Part shown: positions 10,120 through 21,615 of the stretch, piece after piece | How positions within the stretch are numbered: the stretch's first letter is position 1 | Layout of the letters: each line of letters starts with the position of its first letter | Assembly (NCBI RefSeq): GCF_001194135.2 | Contig: NC_068989.1 | Location: forward strand, 20,000,535 to 20,036,334 | DNA: 35,800 nucleotides | Direction of reading: 5' to 3' | From: Octopus bimaculoides | Taxonomy: Eukaryota | Position numbers and translations under genes: made by a program | Notes under the pieces: model-generated | What the model saw: the letters and a program-made list of their open reading frames with translations, nothing else | What the model was told of the DNA's origin: nothing | Database searches by the model: none

Positions 10120-10500
10120 AAGTGGACAAGTTCAGCATCAGCTACATGTAAATTTTGGATTTTCTGAAGTTAGTAACTATGGCTACAACCAAAGCTATAG
10201 AATAATTTTAAGATTGTTACCGTATGTAACTAATTCAGATATAGTTTACATGGATGTGGCTTTGATTATTGGTTCAAAAATTCCGATTTCAAATCTATTG
10301 AAGGTGTTTTGTTGTGTATTTGAGTTGCATGCATTCTGTAAAGTCTGAAGGATCACGAATGAAGAAATAGGGGAAACTGAGAGAGAGAAGTCAAGGAAGA
10401 CAGGTAGAGATGATAGATATTCAACAACTTCACTGGATGGCTTCAGAAAGACTGGCCCAATAACAAGGTGTGGAACATGGCTTGTTGGTCGATATTTGTT
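10120..10500 (+). mobile_element. Highly decayed RTE remnant
   Basis: Alternate frames give LHGCG..W..NSDFKSIE, CIL*SLKD and RITNEEI, which follow the RTE order LYGCETW...RILxISxxDRITNEE. Confidence 0.4.
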
Positions 10501-10814
10501 GGGATCTGTAGGAGTAGCACATGGAGAGTGAGATGGTTAGGTAACTGATCATCTGGGAATGTAATCTATGATAAATTGTCATAAACTTTGTACCTCATTT
10601 GTTTAATGTCATGAAACTAGGACTAAGATTAACCCCTAAAAGTCAAGGCTTAGAATACATTTATTTGAATTTTCTTTTGCTTGTCATTCTTGTATGATCA
10701 CCAAACTTCTATACAGGTTTTTTCATGTTTCTTTAAATTATAATCAGAAATTAGAGCAAGTTAAACCTCTTTAGTAACTTAAGTTTGTTTCACATCTCAG
10801 TTCTATTGCACAAT

Positions 10815-11110
10815 GAACAAGTGTCTTCTATATCTCTGTACCAATCAATGCCTTGTGAGTGAATTTGGTAGAGGGAAACTATGTGGAAGCCCTGTGTGTG
10901 TGTGTGCGTGCGCACGTGCATGCACGTCTTTGTGTTTGTCCCTCACAATGCCTGACATCCAGCGTCGGTTTATTTATTTACATCCTTGTAAATTCGTGGT
11001 TCAGCAAGAGACCAATAGAATAAGTCCAGACTTAAAATAAGTACTGGGATCAATTTGAAGGTGATACCCTTGTGTGGCTGCTGTCCAATGACTGAAAAAA
11101 AAAAAGAATA
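10815..11110 (+). mobile_element. CORE-like SINE, 5'-truncated
   Basis: caagtgtcttcta...gccttgtgagtgaatttggtagagggaaact...aatagaataagtcc...tccaatgactgaaa. Confidence 0.75.
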
Positions 11111-11169
11111 AAAGAATGAACAGGAACATAATATTAAATGTGTATGTGTGTATATCTGTGTAAGGCAGC

Positions 11170-11335
11170 CTCACTAGTGTTGTACCTTAAAAAAAAAATC
11201 ACCTAGTACATTCTGGCAAGTGCTTGATATTAGGAGAGCATCCAGTCATAGAAACCATGCCAAAGCATTGAAGCTCAATGCAGTTCTCTGACCAAGTTGG
11301 TTCTGCAGAACTGTCCGACCCATAGTAGTAGCATG

Positions 11336-11338
<3 letters not shown>
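11170..11338 (+). mobile_element. RTE 3'-tail element
   Basis: cacctagtacattctggcaagtgcttgatattaggagagcatccagtcatagaaaccatgccaaa...ccgacccatagtagtagcatggaa. Confidence 0.7.

Positions 11339-11392
<54 letters not shown>
11339..11392. repeat. (TA)n microsatellite
   Basis: Direct reading. Confidence 0.95.
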
Positions 11393-11397
<5 letters not shown>

Positions 11398-12164
11398 TCA
11401 CACGTGTGGTTGTGTGCATTGGCATCGTAAATGGAACCTATTGGGCACTAACAATAAAAATGTATACACCAAATATAACAAAAAACAAGATTCTCTTCAT
11501 CAGCTCTCTTCTGAGGGTTGCTGCAGTTTTAAGACCTAATCCTAGTGGAGTCAACAAGACCAAAAAGGGTTGTGAGGGAGTGGTACTCTCTCACATGGAA
11601 AAATACTTAAGTTTTTGTGATGGAGAAAAGAAAAGCATTTTTTTGGTGTAAATAAAGTGAAACAAAACAACACTAGACACATATGCACAAAAGCAATACT
11701 GGAGTAATGATAATTAGCAAAGATAGTGCTTGAACAATAGTTTTGAATTGAGAAATAGCAGAGTGTTATGGAAAGTAGTGTTATTGAAGACAAACTCAAG
11801 TCAAAGTGTAAAATAACAGGTAGGAGTAGAAATGAAGAACTGCATTCTGGGAAAGGAAAAAGACAAAGTGTGTGAGGGTGGGGGAGTGTGTGTATGTCTG
11901 TAGAAAAGGTGAAAGGTTACAGCAAGTATGCAAATGAAATGTGTTGATATCCTAAATAGATGAAATTAAGATGTCTTCACTTTTCATTTCAGCCTCAGAT
12001 AAACATATACATTACTTTTGTTCTCTCATTTGTAAATTGAAACAACTGTGTTTGTGTTTGTGCTTGAAAATGTGATATCCTTGCTACAAAAACTATTTGT
12101 GTTGCTGTTTTCTTGTTTAAAAACAAATTTACTTAACATGAGACAGGTATTGCTACATGGTGAA

Positions 12165-12240
12165 AATGTCTTCAGAACCACGTGGTTCTGGGTGCAATTC
12201 CACTGCACAGTATCTCGTTTGGCAAGTGTCTAGCTTCAAG
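12165..12240 (+). mobile_element. CORE-like SINE head fragment
   Basis: cttcagaaccacgtggttctgggtgcaattccactgcacagtatctcgtttggcaagtgtc. Confidence 0.6.
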
Positions 12241-13129
12241 TTATCTAATACCTTATAAGTAGAATTATTATCTGCAAAAAATAGAAAGACACACTGGATA
12301 GTGTGGTTCATATATTTGAAAAGATGGGATAGTATGTTCAATCAGAGTTGAACCTGGGTTCTCTTTGTGCAAAAGGCAGACTGCATGAAGTATGTATAAA
12401 GAGTATGATGCTTCACAGTAATGAACTATAGAAAACAGAGGATTAAAATTAGGAGCAGTGCCATAAGATATAAGCTTAACTTTTGGTGACTAAGCCTTGT
12501 TTCCTGGTCATACTTGTTCCTGTTCAGTTATGTTGTTAAATCCTACACCACTAAGTCAATAAGCTGAACATTATTTAATGGATACTTCTTATCATAAAAT
12601 GTCAGTTAACTATTTCACTAACGTAAGAGACAGATATGTACTTTTCTTATTACACACACGCGGAAAAGTTGTAGACAGGGATTAGAATCAATATTCAACA
12701 AGCGTTGCACTGAGTTTCCAACCAAACTTAACCTATTCAATTTAGACTACAGCATGGTAATGCACAACACTACAAGCTATGGAAACTTATAGTGCATTTT
12801 CTTTTTTAATTACAGTGCTTGGCCCAATTCTTCCTACAAGCCTAGAAAAATGAGAAATTATTGCTTCATCTGCAGGATTGCCAGATACCAGAGCTATTTA
12901 GAGGCAGGTTTCATACTATGCTAGATATAAAAGAAATTATATACACATATAAATGTGAACATAAATAGGATATGAAGAAAATTTTGACAGTTATGTCTAG
13001 CAAGTTGAGCCACCACATAGCAGCTCCCTTGTTGAATTGATAAATCTTTTGTAGTGAATTGAGATCACAACATTTTGAACTTCTTTCTTCTCTTTCTTAC
13101 CACCAACTGTTATACATTCACTTGAGGCA

Positions 13130-13440
13130 TTCCAGGTAGACTCACTATTTCTCCAAGTGGAAGGATTGCAACTCTGATTCTATGGACCTGTGGTAAGAAT
13201 CTCTTGGAAAAGAATCGCTGGTCAGGTTTTACGGGCCAAAACCAATCTGGCAGGAGACCCAGGGGTAGACCACAAGCAAGATGGTTAGATAGCATCCTTG
13301 AACTCTGTTGGTCTTGCTTGGGGATCCAGCTGGATCAATGAGAGACAGGTTGCTTCTGACAGGACATGATGGGAAGCCGTGCTTAAGGACCCTGCCCCCA
13401 TGACTCTCTCAGGATTCAGTTGGTGAAGATGATGAGATGA
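13130..13440 (+). mobile_element. RTE-clade LINE 3' end (subfamily distinct from 1571-2934)
   Basis: SGRRPRGRPQARWLDSILELCWSCLGIQLDQ is the classic RTE terminal GRPxxRW motif. It ends in gatgatgagatgat. Confidence 0.8.
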
Positions 13441-14081
13441 TGGGAAATATGTATTGTAAAAATAGCTTCATTCCTCCTTCATTTCTTATATCGTAATCAT
13501 TGGTTCTGTGCACACCACAATATCTATGGTGATATTTTTTATGTTGAAGATGATGCTGTCACCAGTTTTTTTTTAGTTGTTTGCACAAGTGTGTTATAAA
13601 ACCAGTCCATTTAATCCTCCATTAATCCTGCTGGTGGGACATAAATAAAAATAATGGATGTTGTCATGTTACCTATAATTGATAATTTAATTTTTCAGCG
13701 TTTATCCCAGTTACTTAATTACATTATGTACTCAATTGTTTTTTTTTTTTATTATGAGAAAACCTTCATGAGCAATATTGAAGCTGTTACCTGCTCAGAA
13801 GAACTTGTATTCTGTGCTCTCTGACTGTGAAGAATCTGACTAAAGCCCCTCCCAGTAACACTTTCTACACAACCCACAACCTCTCACTTCCGCTCTGGTA
13901 TCTTAGCTATCTCACCAGCCCTACTTCTCTAACTGTGCTGTCATTGACAGTGGCAGACCTAAAACTTGTAGAATGAAGGGAAGCTGTTGTCGGTGGAAGC
14001 AAGAGAGATGTGGTGTAATTGCTTGATGATGGTTGGAAGTTGTTTACACCTGACTCTACCCCCCACTGTGATAGATACTCT

Positions 14082-14166
14082 NNNNNNNNNNNNNNNNNNN
14101 NNNNNNNNNNNNNNNNNNNNNNNNNNNNNNNNNNNNNNNNNNNNNNNNNNNNNNNNNNNNNNNNNN
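14082..14166. other. Assembly gap
   Basis: Run of N. Confidence 1.
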
Positions 14167-14294
14167 TATTGTTGTTGCTGTTTCAATCTGATTTGTCAAT
14201 CTGCATTTTTTTGGCAGAGGTTTTACATCTGACTGCCATTCCATATACATACATGTTTTCACATGTAAACACACATATTTGTGTGTGAGTGTGA

Positions 14295-14420
14295 GTGGGG
14301 GAGTTGCATGGTCTGACAGGATGCAACAAACTCCAATATCTGCTTTGGTATTGTTTTGTACAGTTGGATGCTGTACCACTCTTCAGAATGTACTGGGTGT
14401 TTTCTTCCTTGGCACTGGTA
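14295..14420 (-). mobile_element. RTE 3'-tail element, decayed
   Basis: ctgctttggtattgttttgtacagttggatgctg...cagaatgtactgggtg is the reverse complement of the shared tail. Confidence 0.55.
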
Positions 14421-14529
14421 CTAGTGAGAACACCAACTATTTCACAAGACAAAGGAAAAACCATTGTGTGCCTGTGTTTTCCTTTACTTGCTGGGTGCAG
14501 AGGAGAGAGAAGTGCCCTTGGCCTTTGTA

Positions 14530-14955
14530 AGACCTCTGGGATCAGTCTTTTGAAGACATTAATGTTCTGCTTGAACCATTGTGAGTCAACACCTGTGGGG
14601 AAAGATGTGAATAGGGAGAGAGTTTCAGAGGGATGATATTCTGAGAAGGAAGGGACAAAGCGATTTGTGCAAGGCCTTGGGTGTTATACATAAAAAAGTT
14701 GATGTAATTAGGAGAGATGAGTATTAAGAATGCCTGAGTGGAGGTGTCATGAACTCAACTTGCTCCTAAGAGACCATTATAGTAGCATTATATAAGGCAT
14801 GGATAAGTGACAGCTCACCTGTGGGATAGAGGCTGGAGCATATCAGTGAGTGGTTTAATACCATTCAATTTGATGGTCCTTTTCTGAATGTGGTCCAGGA
14901 TGTTTGTGAAGTAGCAGTACTCCACTGTGGGCCTCACCTGAGCTTTATATGTACA
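14530..14955 (-). mobile_element. CR1-clade LINE 3' fragment
   Basis: Minus translation KAQVRPTVEYC..TNILDHIQKRTIKL...LQPLSHR*AV...YYNGL ... RTNRF..FLRISSL*NSLPIHIFP..VDSQWFKQNIN matches CR1 LYKxxVRPxLEY...WNSLP. Confidence 0.8.
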
Positions 14956-15007
14956 AATGCGTTGGCAAATATTTGTGTGTACATTTATATGTACATGTGT
15001 GTGTCTA

Positions 15008-15135
15008 TCATCATCGTTATTTCGTGTTCATGTTCCATACAAGTATGTGTTGTATCATTTGACAGGATCTGGCTGGTCCAAGGACTGCATTGTGTTCCAA
15101 TTTCTACTTTGGCATCAATGCTTTTTTTGTGTTAC
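15008..15135 (-). mobile_element. RTE 3'-tail element, decayed
   Basis: catcatcgtt...ttccatacaagtatg...tttgacagg...caatttctactttggcat. Confidence 0.45.
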
Positions 15136-15139
15136 TAGC

Positions 15140-15840
15140 ACTAGTGAGGTTGCCATGCAGTTTACAGGACTATGGGCTCTTGAGAAGAGTACTGCTGAGA
15201 GACAAGGGGTTAAAGTATGAGAGAAGGAGCCAGAGCAGAACAGGTTTCTTACTGTTGAAATCTACTTGGCTACTCACATTTCAGAAGAAGAGGGTGTCAA
15301 TATTGGAGTGGAGTTTGGAGAAGATAAAAATAGTAGTGATGAGGTGTCTGTGTGGACCCTTAAGGTACAAGGTAAGTAGAAGTAGGTGGGGTCAGAAGAA
15401 AAGAGAGTGTAGATATAGGTTGCAAGAATGTATGGAAGAGTAAGAGATGATGACTGAGTGAGGAGGTGTATATAATGAATGAAGAACAAGTGTTGAGGGA
15501 TGATAAGTAGGAGAGGTGGGGAAGAGTAGGTGACAACTGCTGGGATTGAATAAGGTTGAGGGGTGAATGTAGGGAATAGTGGGATGGGAATAAGAGATAG
15601 GAGGTGACCAATAATGCATTGGGGTGATGATTAGCAGAATTGTAATAATAATGATAATGTAGACATGAAGGATGAGAGAGAGATGTGTGATTGGGTAGGT
15701 TGCAAGAGTGGAGGGAAAGAAGAAGGTATAGAGCATGGGGAGAGTTAGAAAAGGAGAGATAATTTGGGGGTTTAAGGGGTGGGGTGAGCAAAGTAAAATG
15801 TCGCTAGAGAAGATAGTATTTAGTATGAAGGATGGATATC
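15140..15840 (+). mobile_element. Very old RTE-like remnant grading into purine-rich low-complexity DNA
   Basis: RCLCGPLRYKVSRSRWG resembles RTE RWMCGVxxxDR. Shares sequence with 230-582. Confidence 0.35.
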
Positions 15841-15944
15841 AAGTGAAGTGGTTTAAGGTAGTGATAAAGAATAGTGACATCAAGTAAAAGCTGTAGTTAA
15901 AGAGATGATTGTTAGTGGGGTGTTTTGAGGAAAAGGGCCTTGAT

Positions 15945-15949
15945 GTGTG

Positions 15950-16009
<60 letters not shown>

Positions 16010-16028
16010 TACACATAGATACACACAC
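15945..16028. repeat. Compound (CA)n(TA)n(CA)n microsatellite
   Basis: Direct reading. Confidence 0.95.
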
Positions 16029-16879
16029 AGTGCTCCCAAACCTTAGCTTCACTGAGTTGGATGGGTCTTGAGAACTGCATATCACTAAACATCCCGGGCC
16101 CTCCGTGAAGGTCAAGCTCCTGATTTTTATATATATAGATATATATTTCCTTATATCAGTCTCTCTACGAGTATTCTTATCTGATATATACACAGACATG
16201 TGTATATATGTTTATGTGCAGTCATAATTATATATTTGTACAACTTCAGTTTACAATGAGTGCTATTAAGAATCTTTTTATAAATAAAAAGTTGAGTAAA
16301 AGGAGTTTTGCAAAATGACTTCCATGGTGCAAAAAACTGTAGAGTTAGAAATATAATAAACCAATGCTTTCTTACACTGCTAATAGTAGCCTATATCCTC
16401 GTGTGTGTGTTTGTGCATTAATGTTTATTCTATTCCGTTCATGTATTTGTGTCTTGTCAGTTCATCTCCTGTATTATATAGCATTTCACATTCACCATTC
16501 ATAACTTTGCTGAATCCATTTATGCTGTTTTTTTTCTTCTTGGCTTGTGCTCTTTCTTTTGACTTTGAAGTCAATTACTGTATTAACTGATTTACCTTTG
16601 CAGTACACCTTTGCTTCATACTAGCTCAACATTCTGAAACATTTATAGGAGACTTTATGATTATATGTGTGTGTGTGCGAGTAGACACACATATACATCT
16701 ATATATATGTATATATGTGTCAAAGTGTAAATTGGGAAAGATTCAGCTGTTATTTTTAGTAGTTTGAGAACGTCTTCAATACCAAATCTAAGTGCCCAGG
16801 TTTGACATTGGGATGAACAAAAACGTCAACAACAAACTCTTAGCAACTACAGCTGATTCAGCATCATACTAGCAACATC

Positions 16880-17245
16880 CTTGTGTCTGTGTGTTTATCT
16901 GTGTGTGTGTATGTGTGCATAGGTTATGTATTAATGTGTATGCTTGTGTCTATGTTCCTTTCTCCTGCTCTCTCAATCTTTTTATCTCTTTCTTACCTCT
17001 TACTCTTTATCTGTCTTTATGTGTGTTCAGTGCTAAGATTCAGAAATGTGTTTATGTTTACTTAGTTTGTGTCTATTGCTTTTCCCTCTTGTTTTCTTCT
17101 CTGTCTGACTCTCACAAACTTATCTCATTTTATGAATTATATAGACGTGTATGTGTATTTATCTAGCCATCTATCTTTGTTTCATGTTATCTCTCTCTAT
17201 GTGTGCATACACAGAGGTTAGTATGTTTGCATATGTATGTATGTA
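16880..17245. repeat. Degenerate (TG)/(TC)/(TATG) low-complexity tract
   Basis: T-rich decayed microsatellite on the plus strand. Confidence 0.7.
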
Positions 17246-17492
17246 TGTGCAGAATTTCGTGCTCATTATATGCGCAGAATTTCGTGTGAGTTCATTGAAA
17301 CAAGCACCCATGTATACATGGAGCAATATCAGCTCTACTATGTCAACAGGATTTTATGTTCTTGTATTCACTGTTTCCAAAATTTCCAAAGAATCACCAC
17401 ACAGTGTTTTTTTTTAATAGAAAATAAGGATGTATAATATCTTTAATAAAAAGATTATTAACTTGAACACTGTTGTACCTTCTATACAACAT

Positions 17493-17532
<40 letters not shown>

Positions 17533-17639
17533 AATGAAAGTGTGTGTGCAATATAAATACATATATGTATATATGTGTGTGTCTACACAAACAAAAGAAA
17601 ATGTATTATATGCATTGTGTAGAGTTTATAAGTATACAC

Positions 17640-17822
17640 TTTGTGAAGCTGTTGGGTATTAGCAAGGTCATCAAGCCATAGAACCCATACTGAAATAGAA
17701 CTTATGAACTAGTTGTGGTCCCTGCCTGTCTAGCAGTAGCTCCGAGTTAAAGTTGGCTCAGATGAAAATGACCTATCCAACCTATGCATAGTAAAAAGTG
17801 GATATAAAATGATGTTGATAAA
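17640..17822 (+). mobile_element. RTE 3'-tail element, decayed
   Basis: acactttgtgaagctgttgggtattagcaaggtcatcaagccatagaacc...tccaacctatgc...atgatgttgat. Preceded by (CA)n at about 17494-17530. Confidence 0.6.
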
Positions 17823-18164
17823 TGAAATAAACAGTGGATTATTTACCTATTCCTTAGAGTTTCGCATACAGCAAATACCATCAGCTTTTTAATATACACA
17901 ATAGTAGGGTTAGTTATTCCTGCCTAGACAATGTCTCTTCCAGCATCTCATGTGAAAATCAAAAACATATATCCATACAAGCTCTATCCCAACAGCCAGC
18001 TTACTATTCTTGAAGTCAATCTATTTGTACACTTGTCTTAAGCACAGAAATATCAGTAGCAGATATACCAGTCTCCTTTTTTTCAGGAACAGATGTATTG
18101 GAGAACAGTCAATGGTGTTGGAGAGCATAAAGATTAAAGTTGTAGTGAGGAAAAGATAGCTGAC

Positions 18165-18868
18165 ATGGAGGAGTGGAAGTCATCTGAATGTTGGTAAAGA
18201 GTTACCTGTGTCATGGTGATTTGTGCCAGGTATCAAAATGCTGACATCATGACTGCTGCTCAATTCTCTGAGCATTGTAAAGGCTGTAAGATGTGACATG
18301 GACAGCTGAGGACTACGAAGCTGTGGTCACAAGAAAGAGGTGTTCTGCATTTGTATGCCAGAATTCATCTCCTCAATTCAGATGGCTATGTGAAGCTGCT
18401 GGAGACTGGTTAATTGCTGTCTGGAGATGGTTGTTGCTGGAAGGCCATATGTATGGCAGCAAGATTCAGCTCCTTGCCATGCTTTTGGAAAGAGTCACAA
18501 TGACTTCTCCAGCCCCAAATTTCTGGCTTCTTAATTCCTCCATTTGTTATCCCATGGATTACTATGTATGGGGTGTGGTTGAGAAAGATACCAACCACTT
18601 TGCCTGCAAGATGAAGGCTGAGCCTGTGGCCAAGGTGAAGGTGGTGTTTGAAGATCTTCCTAGAGACACAATGAGGAATGCATGTGTCAGGTTCTGGACT
18701 CATTTTAAGGTTGTGGTGGATGTTGAGGGTGGATACTTTGTGCAAATGGTTATCTCCCGGCTATAATCTAGTTGATATATTTTAATTTTTTTAAATACTT
18801 TATTTTGGGAAGGGATATTGTGTTTTTTATTCCTTTTATGCATAATGTTAAATTTAGCCCAAACACTG
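18165..18868 (+). mobile_element. Tc1/mariner transposon remnant, DD37D (maT) type, internally deleted and frameshifted
   Basis: N-terminus MEEWKSSE..., then across frames VVAGRPYVWQQDSAPCH and NFWLLNSSICYPMDYYVWGVVEKDTN...NACVRFWTHFKVVVDVEGGYF (QQDxAPxH and WPxxSPDxNPxD motifs). Probable 3' TIR aatttagcccaaacactg. Confidence 0.85.
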
Positions 18869-19354
18869 TGTGTGTGTGTGTATGTGTATTACAAACGTAT
18901 ATGTATGCGAGGGTAACAACCTGGGCTGCTGATCATCATATGGTTATTATTTCAAATCTTGTTTTAGTTGTTTCCCTATTGTTTTGCTTGTTCTGATTTG
19001 CCTGATGTCAAAAGTTACTTTACTATTAACTGTTTAATGATAGGAAAGAGCAGATATTCAAGTGTTTAAGTAGTTGATGCTGCAATGATATGCTGACATC
19101 TATACTTGCACAAACTACTCAACCTGTTGCTCTTTTGGGGAAAATAGATATGAAAAGTTTCTCAAGTTCTTAATTGCATAGTGAGTTGGTAAACTGGGGT
19201 GAATGTAAAAATATAGCAACTGATGTTAAAGAGCTGATTTACTTGATTCCATAGTCATGAATTCATGCCTACTAATGCTGTTTTCTTGTGTCCTTAGGCA
19301 ATATGATCATGTCTGCTTGCCTTTGCCGCACTGGCTATAAATTGTACATCTAAA

Positions 19355-19520
19355 ATCATGAACCTACTAAAAATTGCAGCCATGTCACTGTTAAAAAGTC
19401 TCTAACATCTCAAAAAAAAAAAAAAAAAGACATTGGGCAGCATAGTTCTGGATATACAAGAAGATAAGATGGTCACAACTGGTATGATGTTGATCATAGG
19501 TTTGGGCTAAATAGCAACAA
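19355..19520 (+). repeat. Dispersed repeat family D copy
   Basis: aacctactaaaaattgcagcc...aaaaagacattgggcag...gatggtcacaactgg...ttgatcataggtttgggctaaa. Confidence 0.6.
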
Positions 19521-19974
19521 AGTACTTTACTCATATTTAAAACCAATTGTTCTAAGTACATCTAACTGGAGGAAATAACTTGGTTATGTTGATATGTAAC
19601 CTGAAACAGATGATAGGTTTATCTATGCAGAGGAAGATTTGTCTCTTATCCACTTAATATGATAAAACTGAAGCTAAGCACTGTCCTTTTAAATCCCTTT
19701 GGGACTTAGGTGGAATTTCATTTTCTTAATTTTTTGCAGCTTACAAAAAGACTAAAGAAAATTTTTCTTCAACCCCAAAACACATATCTGTGTATTAAAA
19801 TCAATAATTATAAATCTATATGCATTTGGGCCCCAATGGATACACATATATATCTACACATATGTATGCCCATGAGTACTGAACATACATTTTGTTTTTG
19901 ATGTGCATCAAAATAAACAGTCATATACACAGCATGCGATACGTTACATGCGTAACATCAGCAACAGTAAATAA

Positions 19975-20150
19975 TCCAGTGGGAGCTGTATGCAGTTGTT
20001 CAACCTTTTTAGACATAACAGCTACATCTTCCTCAAACTGTATCTGACTGTCTTAAAAAAAAAGGACACTTTGGACACTATAATTCTGGATTAAAGGATT
20101 AAGGCTGGAACATCTTTGATTATAGGTTTGCTTGATCAAGACCGACTTAG
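19975..20150 (+). repeat. Dispersed repeat family D copy
   Basis: gggagctgtatgcagttgttcaacc...cttcctcaaa...gtcttaaaaaaaaggacactttgga...ggctggaacatctttgattataggtttgcttgatca. Confidence 0.65.
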
Positions 20151-20261
20151 TGCTTAGCATCCAAGATAACAACAGTATATGATCTGGATTATTTTCTGTA
20201 TAAATTTGAAATTATCTTCAATTACTGAACAGTAATTCATTCTTGGTCTTTTTGCATGAGA

Positions 20262-20653
20262 TAGTAGCTATGGCCCAGTGGTTAGGGCAGCGGACTCACG
20301 GTCATAGGATCGTGGTTTCGATTCCCAGACCTGGCGTTGTGAGTGTTTATTGAGCGAAAACACCTAAAACTCCACGAGGCTCCAGCAGGGGATGGTGGTG
20401 CACCCTGGTGTACTCTTTCACCACAATTTTCTCTCACTCTTACTTCCTGTTTCTGTTGTGCCTGTAATTCAAAGGGTCAGCCTTGTCACACTGTGTCACG
20501 CTGAATATCCGTGAGAACTACGTTAAGGGTGCATGTGTCTGTGGAGTGCTCAGCCACTTGCACGTTAATTTCATGAGCAGGCTGTTCTGTTGATTGGATC
20601 AACCGGAACCCTCGACGTCGTAAGCGACGGAGTGCCAACAACAACAACAACAA
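20262..20653 (+). mobile_element. Young full-length tRNA-derived SINE with (CAA)n tail
   Basis: A-box TGGCCCAGTGG (20271), B-box-like GTTTCGATTCC, many retained CpG, 3' hairpins and terminal caacaacaacaacaa. Confidence 0.9.
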
Positions 20654-21243
20654 GTACCTACTATTTGATGTCTGTAAATTATTAACTTCTCACTTCTTGG
20701 GTTATGACTTTATGTGCCATTTCTAAGCATTTTGTTGGCATCACCAAGCAAGACAATTCAACATGCTTCATAATAGAATTAAGTGTTATTATGCCTTTCT
20801 AGTAAAGTTATGTTATAGACAATCATTCTTTTCAGAAAGAAATTTGCTTCTCATCTGCTTAATATGAGAAGAATTTAGTTATGAGTATTTGTTTGTGAAT
20901 ACTTGTGGTTTGTTGAATCATGAATGAATGATTCAAGGAAACTATTTCCAATGATGGTAGTGTTCATTGCCAGATAGACATTATGGTAGTGAAAAGATAA
21001 TTTAGGATTAATTCACTATTTAGGAATAACATTAAAAATGTTTTTTCTTTGTATAAGTTAAACTGTTTCTAATCTTTGTGCCAATAAATATTGAGTTTTG
21101 GAGTTGTTTTATTTCATTATTTTATATATTTTAAAATTAGAACTATTTTCTGTTACTCAGCAATTAAATCAGCTTTTCTGTATTGATTTGTCTGTATTTT
21201 TGTACTGGTTCTTTTGATGTTTGGTATTGATTGAATTTTTCAG

Positions 21244-21360
21244 CATCACTTCCACTCTATGATGCAATGGGGTGAAGAGATGTGTCTGTTGCTTCAACTC
21301 ACTACTCATCAAATGCTACCTGTTTTATTGTCAGATCTGTTTGAAGTTGGTGAAACTAAG
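21244..21360 (+). CDS. Candidate internal exon, 117 nt, phase 0-0, HHFHSMMQWGEEMCLLLQLTTHQMLPVLLSDLFEVGETK; product unknown
   Basis: T-rich acceptor ...ttgaatttttcag, donor AAG|gtacct, only one frame open, not part of any recognised repeat. I recognise no homology. Confidence 0.3.
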
Positions 21361-21494
21361 GTACCTTTGTAGCTATTAGAGCAAAACATTAATTTTACAG
21401 GTAGATCAGGTTGTCTAGATAATCTATGTATGGATAGACTAAAGATAGCAGAGTAATGATAGTGTTATTTCTTTGACCTATTTTTAGTATAACC

Positions 21495-21615
21495 ATTGAG
21501 GGAGCCTCTGTAAACTCAGCTTGAAAGAAGTAGCAACTGTATCTCCCTAAAACTACATCCTAATATTTTAGAGAAAGATACATTGGATAATTGTATATAA
21601 AAAGGTGGCATGATC
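21495..21615 (+). repeat. Dispersed repeat family D copy
   Basis: gagggagcctctgtaaactcagcttgaaagaagtagcaactgtatctccctaaaactacatcc...aaagatacattggataattg. Confidence 0.55.

Noticed and set aside
10113-10303. Strong acceptor followed by an open frame ILSGQVQHQLHVNFGFSEV...
   Set aside because: Other frames show colinear decayed RTE motifs (LHGCG, SLKD, RITNEEI), so this is more likely an old LINE remnant than an exon.
12816-12910. Acceptor ttttttaattacag with frame AWPNSSYKPRKMRNYCFICRIARYQSYLEA
   Set aside because: Only a weak donor (gtttca), and the peptide is not recognisable.
17244-17286. 18-bp tandem duplication tatg(t/c)gcagaatttcgtg at the edge of a microsatellite
   Set aside because: Trivial slippage product; two units do not make an array or CRISPR.
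19278-19335. EGF-like-looking peptide CLCRTGYKL after an acceptor
   Set aside because: Hits a stop with no donor and abuts repeat family D.
20262-20335. tRNA gene
   Set aside because: It is the head of a SINE: there is no acceptor-stem closure or terminator and it continues into the SINE body.
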